Below are positions 1 to 11,056 of a DNA stretch of 32,000 nt, piece after piece. Made by a program: the position numbers and the translations under genes. Position 1 is the first letter of the stretch. The number at the start of each line of letters is the position of its first letter. Under the pieces are notes generated by a model. It did no database searches and was not told where the DNA came from. It worked only from the letters and a program-made list of their open reading frames with translations. This stretch comes from Wolbachia endosymbiont of Dirofilaria (Dirofilaria) immitis (GTDB lineage: Bacteria > Pseudomonadota > Alphaproteobacteria > Rickettsiales > Anaplasmataceae). The stretch lies in NCBI RefSeq assembly GCF_013365455.1, contig NZ_CP046578.1, positions 720,001-752,000 of the forward strand. The letters run 5' to 3'.

Positions 1-26
1 CATAAGCTTCGCTCGTAAAAAAAACA

Positions 27-353
27 ATGACTTTATATAATTACACAACCATTATTATATTAATGATACTAGGTTTGTACATTATTATAAATGACAAAAA
101 TTTAATTAAGAAAATGATAGGAGTAAATATTTTTCAAGCATCAGTTTTACTATTTTATATATCTTTAGGATATATAAAAAGCTCTTTACCCCCTATACTA
201 GTGCCAAATTTTTATTTATATAGTAATCCTATACCGCAAGTTCTAATGCTTACTGCCATAGTAGTTGGAATTGCAACATTTTCAGTTGGGCTATCTATAG
301 CAGTGAAAATAGAAGAAAAATATGGAACAATTAACCAAGACAAATATATATGA
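27..353 (+). CDS. mnhC: Monovalent cation/H+ antiporter subunit C (MnhC/MrpC, NuoK-like)
   Basis: The 108 aa product has three hydrophobic helices. NLIKKMIGVNIFQASVLLF and PIPQVLMLTAIVVGIATFSVGLSIAV match the MnhC/NuoK-like pattern (NLIR..IG...L..A.NL ... P..QAL.LTAIVI). Confidence 0.75.
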   Translation: MTLYNYTTIIILMILGLYIIINDKNLIKKMIGVNIFQASVLLFYISLGYIKSSLPPILVPNFYLYSNPIPQVLMLTAIVVGIATFSVGLSIAVKIEEKYGTINQDKYI

Positions 354-395
354 TGAATTAACAGTATCTTAAACTATATTAAGTAACAAGTAGCC

Positions 396-420
396 AGAAG
401 CTAAATCATAGCTTTTATTT
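396..420 (+). terminator. Weak hairpin plus T-rich tail downstream of mnhC
   Basis: aagcta-aatca-tagctt forms a 6 bp stem, extendable by A-U and G-U pairs, followed by ttattt. The stem is AT-rich and short. Confidence 0.3.
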
Positions 421-469
421 ACTGTAGGTCTACTTACTAGCAAGTAATAAAGTTTAAATTACAAAGGTA

Positions 470-2407
470 ATGATGTCAGCTATTAACAACGAAGAAGATA
501 AGAAAAAAATCATTAGAGATCTCGTAACAAAAAGTATAAGAAAGGGTGGTTTTATCACTTTTGATGATATAAATGAAAAATTGTCAGACGAGAATTTTTC
601 GTCCGATTTTATAGATGACACTGTATCCCTATTGCAAGACTCAGGAATTAACATACTTGAAAGTAGTGAAGAAGAAGAAGCTTCTTCCAATAATGATGAC
701 AACAAACTCGATGAGGATGATACATTATCAAGCACTGCTACAACTTTAATACAAAATGACGACCCGGTAAGAGTTTACCTACAAGACATGAGCTCTGTAA
801 AACTCTTATCAAGAACAGATGAAATTACAATAGCAAAGAAAATTGAATCTGAAAAGCACAATATGCTACGTGCAATAATTGAAACACCAGTAACATTAAG
901 AATAATAAAGGCATGGCGTGATGATTTAAGCAGCGGATCTCTCTCACTAAGAGAAATTATAGATCTAGATGCGATTTATAACTCCGATTTTAACGCAATG
1001 CCTAAAGAAGATGTCAAAGATAGTATTGAAGATATTAAGAGTTCTGAAGACACTGAAGATAATAAACACTATGAAGATGATGAAACGGACAACAAAAAAG
1101 ACGATGATGAACAAGAAAGTAGCAACGAAGATATAAATTCAACGAACTTAAATGTTTCTGTCCTTGAAATGGAAAACGATTTATTACCCAAGGTCATAGT
1201 TGCACTAGATGAAATAATTGCTTTAGCAAATAAAGCACTAGTACTAAAGAAAAATTCTTCCAGTGAATTAGCATACAAAGATTTATATAATCAAATATGG
1301 TCTACAGCACTGCAAATCAAGTTAAGTGATGCCGCTGCTACTAAAATCACACAAAAACTTTATAATATAAATAGATCTATCATGCTCGCGGAAGCCAACC
1401 TTATTTCTGAGGCTAAAAAATACGGAATCGATAGAGAAAGTTTCTATAAGGTTTATGATGACATATTATTAAAGTATGGGTTAAAAAATATAAATCTTTT
1501 GAAAATTGATAAAAATCTATCTCCTCTCAAAGACGAACTAAAAAACAAATTCACAAGGTTCATAGATGACAATTTTGAGCATGTAAATAACGTTTTAAAT
1601 GATATAAAGCAGTACGTACAAGAAGATAATGTGCAAGAATTTAAGGAATTAATCAAAAGGATACAAAAACATGAACGAGAAGTCTCTGAAGCAAAACAAG
1701 AGATGATCAAAGCTAATTTAAGGCTAGTAGTTTCCATCGCTAAAAAATATTCAAACAGAGGTCTTGCCTTGCTTGATTTAATACAAGAAGGCAATATCGG
1801 TCTTATGAAGGCTGTAGATAAATTTGATTATAAACGCGGATATAAATTTTCAACTTATGGAACCTGGTGGGTAAGGCAATCAATCACTAGAGCAATACCT
1901 GAGCAATCTAAAGTAGTCAGAATACCAGTTCATATGGTAGAAATTATTAGCAAAATCAATAAGGCACTAAGAAAGCTAACTCATGAAATGGAAAGAGAAC
2001 CTACATTAGAGGAACTGAGTACAGAACTTGGGATGCCCCTGGAAAGGATACGTAAAGTCATGAAAATAGCAAGAGATCCGGTAAGTCTTGAAGCTCCAAC
2101 AGGAAAAGATGACAGTAGTACTTTCGGTGATTGTATAGAAGACAAGCGAGTCTCAAAACCAGAAGATGCCGCAATACTTGCTGACTTACGAGGTATTACA
2201 ACTAATGTTCTTGCAACTTTAACACCAAAGGAAGAAAGAATTCTAAGAATGCGCTTTGGTCTTGGTAAAGATGGGAAGGAACATACATTAGAAGAAGTAG
2301 GAAGAATATTTAATGTAACACGTGAAAGAATTAGGCAAATAGAGGCAAAAGCTCTGCGCAAATTAAAACATCCAAGCCGCGCTAGAAAACTCAGAGGGTT
2401 CTTTTAA
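470..2407 (+). CDS. rpoD: RNA polymerase primary sigma factor RpoD (sigma-70)
   Basis: The 645 aa product carries region 2 ([41 protein letters not shown]) and region 4.2 ([32 protein letters not shown]). It has an acidic N-terminal region and a non-conserved insert. aaagg lies upstream of the ATG. Confidence 0.97.
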   Translation: MMSAINNEEDKKKIIRDLVTKSIRKGGFITFDDINEKLSDENFSSDFIDDTVSLLQDSGINILESSEEEEASSNNDDNKLDEDDTLSSTATTLIQNDDPVRVYLQDMSSVKLLSRTDEITIAKKIESEKHNMLRAIIETPVTLRIIKAWRDDLSSGSLSLREIIDLDAIYNSDFNAMPKEDVKDSIEDIKSSEDTEDNKHYEDDETDNKKDDDEQESSNEDINSTNLNVSVLEMENDLLPKVIVALDEIIALANKALVLKKNSSSELAYKDLYNQIWSTALQIKLSDAAATKITQKLYNINRSIMLAEANLISEAKKYGIDRESFYKVYDDILLKYGLKNINLLKIDKNLSPLKDELKNKFTRFIDDNFEHVNNVLNDIKQYVQEDNVQEFKELIKRIQKHEREVSEAKQEMIKANLRLVVSIAKKYSNRGLALLDLIQEGNIGLMKAVDKFDYKRGYKFSTYGTWWVRQSITRAIPEQSKVVRIPVHMVEIISKINKALRKLTHEMEREPTLEELSTELGMPLERIRKVMKIARDPVSLEAPTGKDDSSTFGDCIEDKRVSKPEDAAILADLRGITTNVLATLTPKEERILRMRFGLGKDGKEHTLEEVGRIFNVTRERIRQIEAKALRKLKHPSRARKLRGFF

Positions 2408-3590
2408 GGAATATTTAATCTCTACTATAATTAATAGTAAATATAGTATATCTCTTTTTTTTCTGATTAATAGCAGCTATAGTATAGCTATACAGACTTA
2501 ATATTGTAAGTGTATATAAGAAACCAGTCAGTAAAAAAGAGAGCAAAAACAAGATTAGCATTGCTGCAACTTGAAAATAAAGAAGGTATATAACAACAAT
2601 ATTTGGACGCTAAGTTTTTTGCGTGGTTATACTATTTAATTCCTTGATGAGATTAATCTATATCAACTACTAATTACTAGAACTTGGCGATAATGCCTAT
2701 TTAAGATACGAAGAAAATAAAATTGAAAACTAAATTTTCCATGTAAAAAAAGATTCTTATTAGTTACCTGTCAGTACGATACCAATAAGGTAATAAAACA
2801 TCTACCAGACGCTTACAAAATGCTACTAAAACATATAGTAAAAAGAAAAAAAAAGGGACTTCTAAACAAAAAAGATACAAGATAAAGGATCTTTCTAATT
2901 AATTAATAATTCTGAAATAATTCCTTTTACATCTAACTAGAGAAGTAAAACTATACAAGTATAAATCAATAATATATAACCTCACTATATAATACTAACT
3001 AAGATTAGATTTTAGACAAGCTATTAAAAATCATGACTTTTTAAAATCAAGCCTGACCAAATCTAAAAACAGCAGCTTATTAAATATTTCATATTACTAA
3101 ACCATCAAGACTCTTTAATTTTATTAAACTAGTAAACATAACATTTAGAACATCAACTGCTCAAGCAGCGGTAGCATGCTTTTTTAGTTCAAGTTTACTG
3201 CTGGATAATTTATAAAAAACTTTTCAGTTTAATAGATAAACTTCCTATAAATAAACCAGATTCAGCGTAAATTTGCTCACTTTTCCGGGAGATAAAGACA
3301 AGTTCACCCAATTTTTATTATATAAGGTACTTCATACAAGGCTCATTCAGTACCATACGGCATATATAAAATAGTATATAACGTAGACTTCTTACTAAGA
3401 CCAGAAATAAAATGCCAAGAGGCAGTGATCATTTCATATTTCACTACATTTTTTTATATTTCCTGCTTTAACCTCCCTTGCGCCTTTTACATTCAAAAAA
3501 TCCTCCTTCTATTTTTAAATATCAATTCTCTCATACTAACCTAGTGATAACTGAATATCAAGTACATATCTAATTTTAATGGCTAATTAG

Positions 3591-6143
3591 CTAACTACCT
3601 CCTTTACCAATTATAGTATTAAATATTAAATCTTCATCGAAACTCATTCTAGGATGCCAAATAGGACCATCTAAATGTACATCAACATAGATTGGATTAC
3701 TATGACCTGGTGGGATAAAGAAGAACCTAGATAAAGAAATTAAAGCAAAGCTAGATAAAGTCAAATTAGAAGAGACAGACCCTGATGCTTGATCGATTTC
3801 AAACTGTAGACTAGTTGAACATATACCGTTTTTAATATTTGCTTTCCCACTGATATTCTTAAAAACCGTACTACCATTATATATACTAATATGAGTAAGT
3901 GTGGAAATCCCAGATTTATTTTTACTGCTGAATAAATCAGTGATGAAAGAATTAAAGTCTACATTAGCAAATTCTATTCCCTGTGCTTGCAGATTTACCT
4001 CCCCTGACAAAGTGTTAGCCCAATTATAAAAGCTTTTTCCTTGAGCTTTAATTTCACCGTTCAAGTTTATCTTACCACTTAAATTATCAATTCCAATAAC
4101 TTGACCAACCCTTTTAGTATCTAAATCCACAATAAAAAATTTTATATACATTGAATCTAACCTTAAGTAACCCTGAAAAGAAACTTGTCCATGTTCTAGT
4201 ACATAATTTACTTTTTTAATAGTAATAGTATTATTTATCACTACTGCATCCAAATTAAAGTCCTTTAAAATACCCTCTCCAGCCTTAAGATTTATAACAT
4301 TGATCTGCACATTTGCATCAAAACCTTCTTTACCATCCAAGAAATTAAATTGTTCTGTTGACCACTGAACCTGATCTATCTTATTTCTCAAACCTTTTTT
4401 TACTTCTATTAAATTTGGTAACTTTAAAATATCGCCATTAAATCTATCACCAGTTAAGCTTACATTCAACAAAGGTTTAGTATATTTTTGATCTGCTAGT
4501 ATTTTTACACTACCAGTAACATTAAAATCTTCTCCAAACAACTTTATTTTACCTGCAACAAGTCTGCCCTTTTCTATATTCAGCAAAAAACCTAAATCTT
4601 CAACTTTTATACCATTAAACATAAAATTATTAACATTGATTTTCATATTTACATCATACCTCAGGTTTTTTAACCATTGCATTCTTGATAAATCGCTTAG
4701 TAACAAATAATCGTATTTATTTACATCGAAATTGTACACACTAAATCTACCACTAATTGCATTATGCTTTTTTGTGTAGTTCACCTTAACTGATCCTCGC
4801 CAAAATTCTTCATCATTTAGTAATTTAATATCTGAAATAGAGAATATTCTAGGTGCAAAATGTAACCTTGAGCTTATCGTAAATTGATTTCTCTTGTTTT
4901 CTCTCATTTTTATAGAAGGAAAAAAACATGAAATGAACGACTCAAAATCATCTCCTTTTACTAATAAATCACCATCAAATTCAGACAGGATAAGATTATT
5001 TGAAACTTCCCCTGATAAACAAGATACATTGTTAACCCCTGGAAGCTGAAGAAGCATATCAACTTTTATTTTACCATCAGCAAATTTTAGCATAGCATGA
5101 AACTTGTCCAATATTCTATTTTGGTATTGAATGCTTAAAGCTTCTATATTAAAATCTAGATTCAAGTTTTTTGGTATAACTTTCCTAAAACACTCTAGAA
5201 GATCCTTAATACCCACTGTTTTTCGTGAGCCATCTTGCACAAAACCTAAGTCAACTTTACTGAAATTGATATCAACATTAGTGTGATTATTTCTTTTATC
5301 ATTTCGTACTGCACCACTAGCTTGTATGCTTTTAGAATCAATCTTTAAGTCAGTTGCTATGAACTCACTTCTATTAAAGCTAATATTAGATGACATCTCA
5401 ACATTTTCACTAGGAACAACATAAGTAAAAAAGCTAAGACCAACAACTTTTGCTAAATCATCTACAAAGCTAGAACTATTATCAATTGACAGCATTAATT
5501 TACCATGAAGCCATTCTTGGTTTCTATTGCCCTCAAATAGTACATTTCCAAAATTTGATTTGGCATTAATATATACATTCTTTTTCGTGATATTAACTTT
5601 TCCTAAAAAATTATAACTATTATCATCTACTTTTACTTTACCAAAAAAGTGTCCGTCCTTCTTAATAGCAACCTCTTTTATACCAACAATACTTCTATAA
5701 TCAGCAAAATTATTGTTTAAATTTATCTTGCTATCTTTTATTACTACATCTACATCAATCTTACTGGCTCTTCCATTTATAATACCAGTAAAATTTTTTT
5801 TACTACCTTTCATACCAAATAAAGTAATCGACTTTGGTTGTAACGAAAACAAAAAAAACGATAGAAAAGATGGTCTTACTTCAATCCTATTTATACTAAT
5901 TAAATCTGATAATTTTTGCTTCTCATCATCGAGACACTGCACATATACATTATCAATAGTGAGCTTTGGAGTAATCAGTGAAACTTCAATTTTTCCTCCA
6001 ATATATATTTTAGCATTATAATTATTTTCCAATTTTTGTACAATAAGCTCCTTATAGCTGTCCCAATCTTTGAAAATTGTAACAATGTGTAGAATGGTTA
6101 ACACTAAAGAGATTGACAATATTATGTATATGAAAAGTCTCAT
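3591..6143 (-). CDS. AsmA-family large membrane-anchored protein
   Basis: The 850 aa product has a single N-terminal TM helix (MRLFIYIILSISLVLTILHIV) followed by a long beta-rich repetitive body. The N-terminus (GGKIEVSLITPKLTIDNVYV) resembles AsmA. Its start overlaps the murJ stop in an ATGA overlap at 6140-6143. Confidence 0.55.
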   Translation of the reverse strand: MRLFIYIILSISLVLTILHIVTIFKDWDSYKELIVQKLENNYNAKIYIGGKIEVSLITPKLTIDNVYVQCLDDEKQKLSDLISINRIEVRPSFLSFFLFSLQPKSITLFGMKGSKKNFTGIINGRASKIDVDVVIKDSKINLNNNFADYRSIVGIKEVAIKKDGHFFGKVKVDDNSYNFLGKVNITKKNVYINAKSNFGNVLFEGNRNQEWLHGKLMLSIDNSSSFVDDLAKVVGLSFFTYVVPSENVEMSSNISFNRSEFIATDLKIDSKSIQASGAVRNDKRNNHTNVDINFSKVDLGFVQDGSRKTVGIKDLLECFRKVIPKNLNLDFNIEALSIQYQNRILDKFHAMLKFADGKIKVDMLLQLPGVNNVSCLSGEVSNNLILSEFDGDLLVKGDDFESFISCFFPSIKMRENKRNQFTISSRLHFAPRIFSISDIKLLNDEEFWRGSVKVNYTKKHNAISGRFSVYNFDVNKYDYLLLSDLSRMQWLKNLRYDVNMKINVNNFMFNGIKVEDLGFLLNIEKGRLVAGKIKLFGEDFNVTGSVKILADQKYTKPLLNVSLTGDRFNGDILKLPNLIEVKKGLRNKIDQVQWSTEQFNFLDGKEGFDANVQINVINLKAGEGILKDFNLDAVVINNTITIKKVNYVLEHGQVSFQGYLRLDSMYIKFFIVDLDTKRVGQVIGIDNLSGKINLNGEIKAQGKSFYNWANTLSGEVNLQAQGIEFANVDFNSFITDLFSSKNKSGISTLTHISIYNGSTVFKNISGKANIKNGICSTSLQFEIDQASGSVSSNLTLSSFALISLSRFFFIPPGHSNPIYVDVHLDGPIWHPRMSFDEDLIFNTIIGKGGS

Positions 6144-7642
6144 AATTTCATATATTTAAAATCATCCATAAACATTAGAGTACCAAAATAAATAACAACA
6201 CCTAAAGCCACTAAAGCTGCTAAATGAATAATACAAACAAATGCTTTATCAAAAGATAATCCTGCCAGTAAGGAGCTAGAAATGTAAAGAGCTATCGACA
6301 TGATTAAAGTTGCAACGATGATTTTTACAATATTTAATAATAGCACTTGGCTAATCTTATACATTTTGTTTATTATTAAATAATAAATTAGCAAAATAGA
6401 ATTCACCCAAGTGGAAATAGAAGTAGCAATAGCAATCCCTACATGTTGGTACTTACCTATTAATAGAAGGTTAAGTACTACATTAATCCCGAGGCATATT
6501 AGTGAAAATATAGTTGGTATTTTAAAATCACCCTTAACAAAAAAGGTGATTAGTAATACTTTATTTATAATAAACGCAGGTAAAGAAAAAGAAAATGCTG
6601 TTAACGTAGAGGCAATCTGCTGCATTGCATAGTGATTAAACTTACTGTAGGAAAAAAGCGTAAGTAAAATTATATGAGGAACAATAATAAAAGCAGCAGT
6701 TACTGGCATAATCAGCATTAACCCGGCATTAAGGGCACTATTCTGTATTCTGATCATATTTTTAGTATCACTTACTTGTTTTGAGATTAAAGGAAGAAGT
6801 ACTACACCGATTGTAATGCCAATTACTCCTCGCGGTAGCTGATTTATTCTATCAGCATAATATATATAGGATATTGCATTTGGTATAAAACTTGCCATAA
6901 TTGTGTCAAACCATAGGCTTATTTGAGTTACACAGTTATTGACAATTGCTGGTATCACACGTTTGAAAAACAACTTTACTTCATTACTTAACTTTATACT
7001 AAAAAAAAAGGTAACTTTTGATTTATATGCGCTAAATACCATTAACAGTAGCTGCAAAATTCCCCCAACCAAAACAGCTATAGAAAGGTTGTGAACCGGT
7101 GTTTTTATATAAGGCACAAATAAACTGATAATCAGGCAGAGATTCAAGATAATCGGCGCAATAGCTATTGAAACAAAATGTTGTTTTACCTGCAACATTC
7201 CCCCAATAAGTGACGCAATTGAAATAAAAATTATGTAAGGAATCATAATTCTTGACAGAGTTACAGTAAGGGTAAGCTTGCTTTGATCAAAGCCAGGAGT
7301 AAATATTTGAACTATATAAGGAAAAAGGGTTTGCATAGTAAGGCAAAAAATTACTAAAATGATAAACGTAAGAGATATTACACTACTTGCAAAATTGAAT
7401 GCCTTTTTATTATCACGTGATTCTGTTGAATATAACGGTATAAAAGAGGTAGTAAACGCCCCCTCTGCAAAAAATGCTCGAAATAGATTAGCAAAACGAA
7501 ACGAAGAAAAAAATATATCTGCAAAAGAAGTCGCACCAATAATTTGAGCAACTAATACATCCCTTACTAACCCAGAGACTCTTGAAATAGCTGTAAAAAA
7601 GCTAAATGTGATAATATTTTTTAACATCGTGCTATTTAGCAC
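6140..7642 (-). CDS. murJ: Lipid II flippase MurJ (MviN)
   Basis: The 500 aa polytopic protein has an N-terminus typical of MurJ/MviN (FFTAISRVSGLVRDVLVAQIIGATSFADIFFSSFRFANLFRAFFAEGAFTTSFIPLY). The true start may be the Met at 7627. Confidence 0.9.
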   Translation of the reverse strand: MLNSTMLKNIITFSFFTAISRVSGLVRDVLVAQIIGATSFADIFFSSFRFANLFRAFFAEGAFTTSFIPLYSTESRDNKKAFNFASSVISLTFIILVIFCLTMQTLFPYIVQIFTPGFDQSKLTLTVTLSRIMIPYIIFISIASLIGGMLQVKQHFVSIAIAPIILNLCLIISLFVPYIKTPVHNLSIAVLVGGILQLLLMVFSAYKSKVTFFFSIKLSNEVKLFFKRVIPAIVNNCVTQISLWFDTIMASFIPNAISYIYYADRINQLPRGVIGITIGVVLLPLISKQVSDTKNMIRIQNSALNAGLMLIMPVTAAFIIVPHIILLTLFSYSKFNHYAMQQIASTLTAFSFSLPAFIINKVLLITFFVKGDFKIPTIFSLICLGINVVLNLLLIGKYQHVGIAIATSISTWVNSILLIYYLIINKMYKISQVLLLNIVKIIVATLIMSIALYISSSLLAGLSFDKAFVCIIHLAALVALGVVIYFGTLMFMDDFKYMKL

Positions 7643-8353
7643 TACTCCAGATTATATTCAGTGTCAATATAATTAACTGTAATAGCTTGATCGATAAGAT
7701 AAGTGGCAATGGAAAATGGAGAAATAGTATTATAGAAATAATAAACATGATAAGCAGGTTTATATTACTATTATTAATAATCTATACCCATATATTAAAT
7801 ATAAAACTTGAAAGCTTAGTTAATATAGGCCTGATCTTGATTTTTGATCAGCCTCTAAAGCAACTAAACAATGGATAAAGATATAGAAGTCCATTAATTA
7901 AGTTTTAGTAAAAGTTCAAGTATGTCAAAAATACAAGTAAAAACACTAATAGAAATAAGCATTAGTAGAAACTGAGTAAGAGCAAAAGGTATGATATAGA
8001 GAGCTACATATCAATACTAAAAGCATTCTTAAAAAATACTTACTGTTTTACCTTGAGTAGGAAAATGCGAGAAAATATTAGAAAGCTGCAGAAACAAAAG
8101 CTCATAGCATAAATATGATATATAATAACATTAACACAAAATTAGAAGACTATATACAAAACCCTTAACTTACTGTGTGCGCTATATTAAGGTAATATCA
8201 ACAGCACTAGAAACAACACTAGCATAATAATAATACTTCAAAAGTAAGCTACACCATTCAATTTCAGCTTAAATGAGCTGCTAGAACCATCAATTATCGG
8301 TGTGTTATCTTTAAGAAAAACATAAGGCACAAAGTTGAGTGTCACACTATCAA

Positions 8354-8398
8354 TAAATATAAATACTAAATTTGTGATAAATTTAGTATTTATATTTA
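8354..8398. repeat. Perfect 20 bp inverted repeat with a 5 nt spacer
   Basis: taaatataaatactaaattt-gtgat-aaatttagtatttatattta, checked base by base. It lies 113 nt upstream of tRNA-His. Confidence 0.85.
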
Positions 8399-8510
8399 AT
8401 GAGAACCATATCACAGTTCAAAGCAAAAGAGCCTACTTAAATAACTAATTGACTTTTTTTTGCCGATGTGTTATGGGTTTCATAATTTTACACTTGTATG
8501 CTGGAAATTT

Positions 8511-8584
8511 GGCGGGTGTAGCTCAGTTGGTAGAGTGTCAGTTTGTGGTACTGAATGTCGCCAGTTCGATTCTGGTCACTCGCC
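8511..8584 (+). tRNA. tRNA-His (anticodon GTG) with encoded G-1
   Basis: The cloverleaf folds by hand. Acceptor gcgggtg/cactcgc, G-1 opposite C73, anticodon arm tcagt-ttGTGgt-actga, T arm gccag-ttcgatt-ctggt. CCA is not encoded. Confidence 0.95.
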
Positions 8585-8715
8585 CCTATCAAGTTTTTTT
8601 ACTCCATAAAAATAAAAGCACACCAAATACTTTTTTTATACATTTTTAGAGACCATTCCAAGAACTGATCTAATTTCTTAGTTAACTCTCAAATCATATA
8701 GACAACTTAACAGTA

Positions 8716-9267
8716 CTATAAAATAATTAAGCTAATAAAAGATGCATTATCTCCTTGAAGGACTAAGTGTATATTTTTCGCTATTTTCTCTACTAAAAAG
8801 GTAACCTTATCAAGGTTGAGAAATTTAGATAATACATAATCTGCCAGACTTCCTTGATCATCAGGTCTACCTATTCCAAACCTCAGGCGCCAATAATCGT
8901 TACCAATAAGACTATCTATAGATTTAAGTCCATTATGTCCAGCAGAGCTGCCACCTTTCTTTATCTTTACTCTCCCAAATTCCAAGTCAGCATCATCATG
9001 TATAACAATAACATTATCTAATAAAAACTTATAACAGTCTCGTACTCTTGCAACAGGAATACCTGAGTTATTCATAAACGAATAGGGTTTTAGCAATATA
9101 ACTTCATTTTTATCAATTATACCAGAAGTTACCAAATAATTAGCTTTCTTAGAAAATGGCTGGAAGCTCCAATATTTGCAAACTGCATCAATAATAAGAA
9201 AACCAATATTATGATAGGTTAGCTTATATTGGCTACCTGGGTTACCAAGTCCAACTACTAAATACAC
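8716..9267 (-). CDS. pth: Peptidyl-tRNA hydrolase
   Basis: The 183 aa product carries LVVGLGNPGSQYKLTYHNIGF and GGSSAGHNGLKS motifs. It has a GTG start whose G is shared with the rplY TAG stop (1 nt overlap at 9267). Confidence 0.93.
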   Translation of the reverse strand: MYLVVGLGNPGSQYKLTYHNIGFLIIDAVCKYWSFQPFSKKANYLVTSGIIDKNEVILLKPYSFMNNSGIPVARVRDCYKFLLDNVIVIHDDADLEFGRVKIKKGGSSAGHNGLKSIDSLIGNDYWRLRFGIGRPDDQGSLADYVLSKFLNLDKVTFLVEKIAKNIHLVLQGDNASFISLIIL

Positions 9268-9878
9268 TATTCTCCTGTTTCTGCCCTAGATTCTTCAACA
9301 TCACCATCAACAGTAGAAATTGTAACAACAGCAAAATTTCCTTCTTCATGTGTTGCAAGTTTAACACCTTCTGGCAATTTTATATCACTTATACGTATAG
9401 ACTGGCCGATCATTTTGTCAGATAAATCAACTTCTATAGCTTTAGGTATCTTACCTAGAGAGCTTTTAACGGTAATAGAGCGGCATAAAACATTAAGCAC
9501 CCCACCTAATTTAACCCCTGGAGATCTACTTTCATTCACAAATAATAAAGGTATATCTATCTTGACTTCACCATCTTTATCAATAAATTGGAAATCAACA
9601 TGTTGTACAGTATCCTTTACCACATGCCACTGAGTATCGCGAACAAGAGCATACTCTTTTTTACCTGAAATGTTTAACTCTACTACGTGTGCAGAAAGAG
9701 AACCAAATCTATACTTTTTCATGAATTCCTTTATTGACAGTATCAAATTTATATTATCATGTCCTTTACCATATACAACTGCAGGTATATACCCCTTTTC
9801 TCTCAGAGAACGCATCGCTTTTGTTTTTGTTATATTACGTAACTCTGCATTAATTGTTACTATTTCCTGTTGTATCAC
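9267..9878 (-). CDS. rplY: 50S ribosomal protein L25 / general stress protein Ctc
   Basis: The 203 aa product has an L25/Ctc-like N-terminus (R...GK...R.LR..G.IPAVVYGKG) and an acidic C-terminal tail. The rplY-pth order is the conserved one. Confidence 0.9.
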   Translation of the reverse strand: MIQQEIVTINAELRNITKTKAMRSLREKGYIPAVVYGKGHDNINLILSIKEFMKKYRFGSLSAHVVELNISGKKEYALVRDTQWHVVKDTVQHVDFQFIDKDGEVKIDIPLLFVNESRSPGVKLGGVLNVLCRSITVKSSLGKIPKAIEVDLSDKMIGQSIRISDIKLPEGVKLATHEEGNFAVVTISTVDGDVEESRAETGE

Positions 9879-11056
9879 TAGTTACCTCTATTCATCCAAT
9901 TTTTTTTAACATAATTTAGCAGTAGTATAACACAAAAATATTTATTTCAAACTTTATTACTTACAATATATGCAAAAGACTTATAAAGTGCACGTACTCT
10001 ACTATAAGGTATTATACTATTACATACTTATTAAAAAAGTATAAATTATACCTAGCATAGTGTCAATTATTGCATACAAACTTCACGAGACATTAAGAAA
10101 GCATTATCTAATAGTAAAAAAATTAAACTTAACCATATAAGATATATCAATTAATCATAAACCAGCAACTAACAAAGAAAGAGATATCTCTTTGGTCACA
10201 AATGGGACCTGAACTTAAATCAGGTCAATAGAGGAACTTAAGAATAAATTCAAAAAAGTAGGTAAAATACATGTATATTATAAGATAAGCTGCCATAAAT
10301 ACGATCTTTATTGAAAAGAGATTGATTAAAAGCAAGAAATAAAATTGGAAAAGATATAAACATTAATATACAGCAAAGAATTCAGGAAAGAACATTTCCT
10401 CAATTGAAAAGTTGATATCTCTCAATACTATTGCCACTTACCACATGCTATGCAAGCAAAGGAATTTTAATGCTCTTGAGAGCATTAGTAATGATAAATA
10501 TCAAAGAAAACAGAAAGAAAAAACTTTATGATAGGAACGATAAGCGGAAGGTATAAGAAACAGCACAAAATAATACATAACAGAATTTAACGAATAAAAG
10601 TGGCAAGACATAATTATTGTACAGATTCACCTACACTTTAAAAAACTACAGTGAGCATAAATAAAATATACCCAATCAAGATAAAATAAAAGCAAGATCT
10701 AAAGAAAAGCTAGCAAAGAGAAAATTAAAGCATTAGTTTACGCTAAATCTGATAAAGGCATAAATTGGTGTGTAGTACTCTATCACAAGCCTGATAAACC
10801 ATATCTTTTTGAGTAGAATATCATCAAATTTACTCTCAACCTGAATTAATAGGCATGTTTCACTCACACATGTTGACTTACTAAAAATAGAGATAAGTAC
10901 CTTTCAATCAGTGATAGACAACCGATGATCAAAGAGTTAGCACCATAATAATATTCCTTAGTGCAAAATCCTTATACTTTATAAACAGCTAGTTTAATAA
11001 TAATTAAACCATTTAAAATATAAAATTATAACATATTAATTAGCTAGAGGGTTAAA

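Noticed and set aside
454-2361. Minus-strand ORFs inside rpoD (454-735, 1069-1278, 1453-1794, 1981-2361)
   Set aside because: They lie entirely antisense to a well-supported rpoD. Their serine/leucine-rich, low-complexity translations are typical shadow ORFs of an A/G-rich coding strand.
5713-7547. Plus-strand ORFs inside the AsmA-like gene and murJ (5713-6021, 6411-6632, 7359-7547)
   Set aside because: They are antisense shadows of longer, motif-supported genes, and I recognise no motifs of their own.
7687-7878. 63 aa ORF in the murJ-upstream spacer
   Set aside because: It uses a non-ATG start in the ORF track and has an isoleucine/leucine-rich composition expected from AT-rich DNA. Its length is within chance expectation, and I see no RBS or motif.
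8449-8649. 66 aa ORF overlapping tRNA-His
   Set aside because: It reads straight through a well-folded tRNA gene on the same strand, so it is an artefact.
9415-9909. Plus-strand ORFs antisense to rplY (9415-9633, 9670-9909)
   Set aside because: They are shadow ORFs opposite a conserved ribosomal protein gene.
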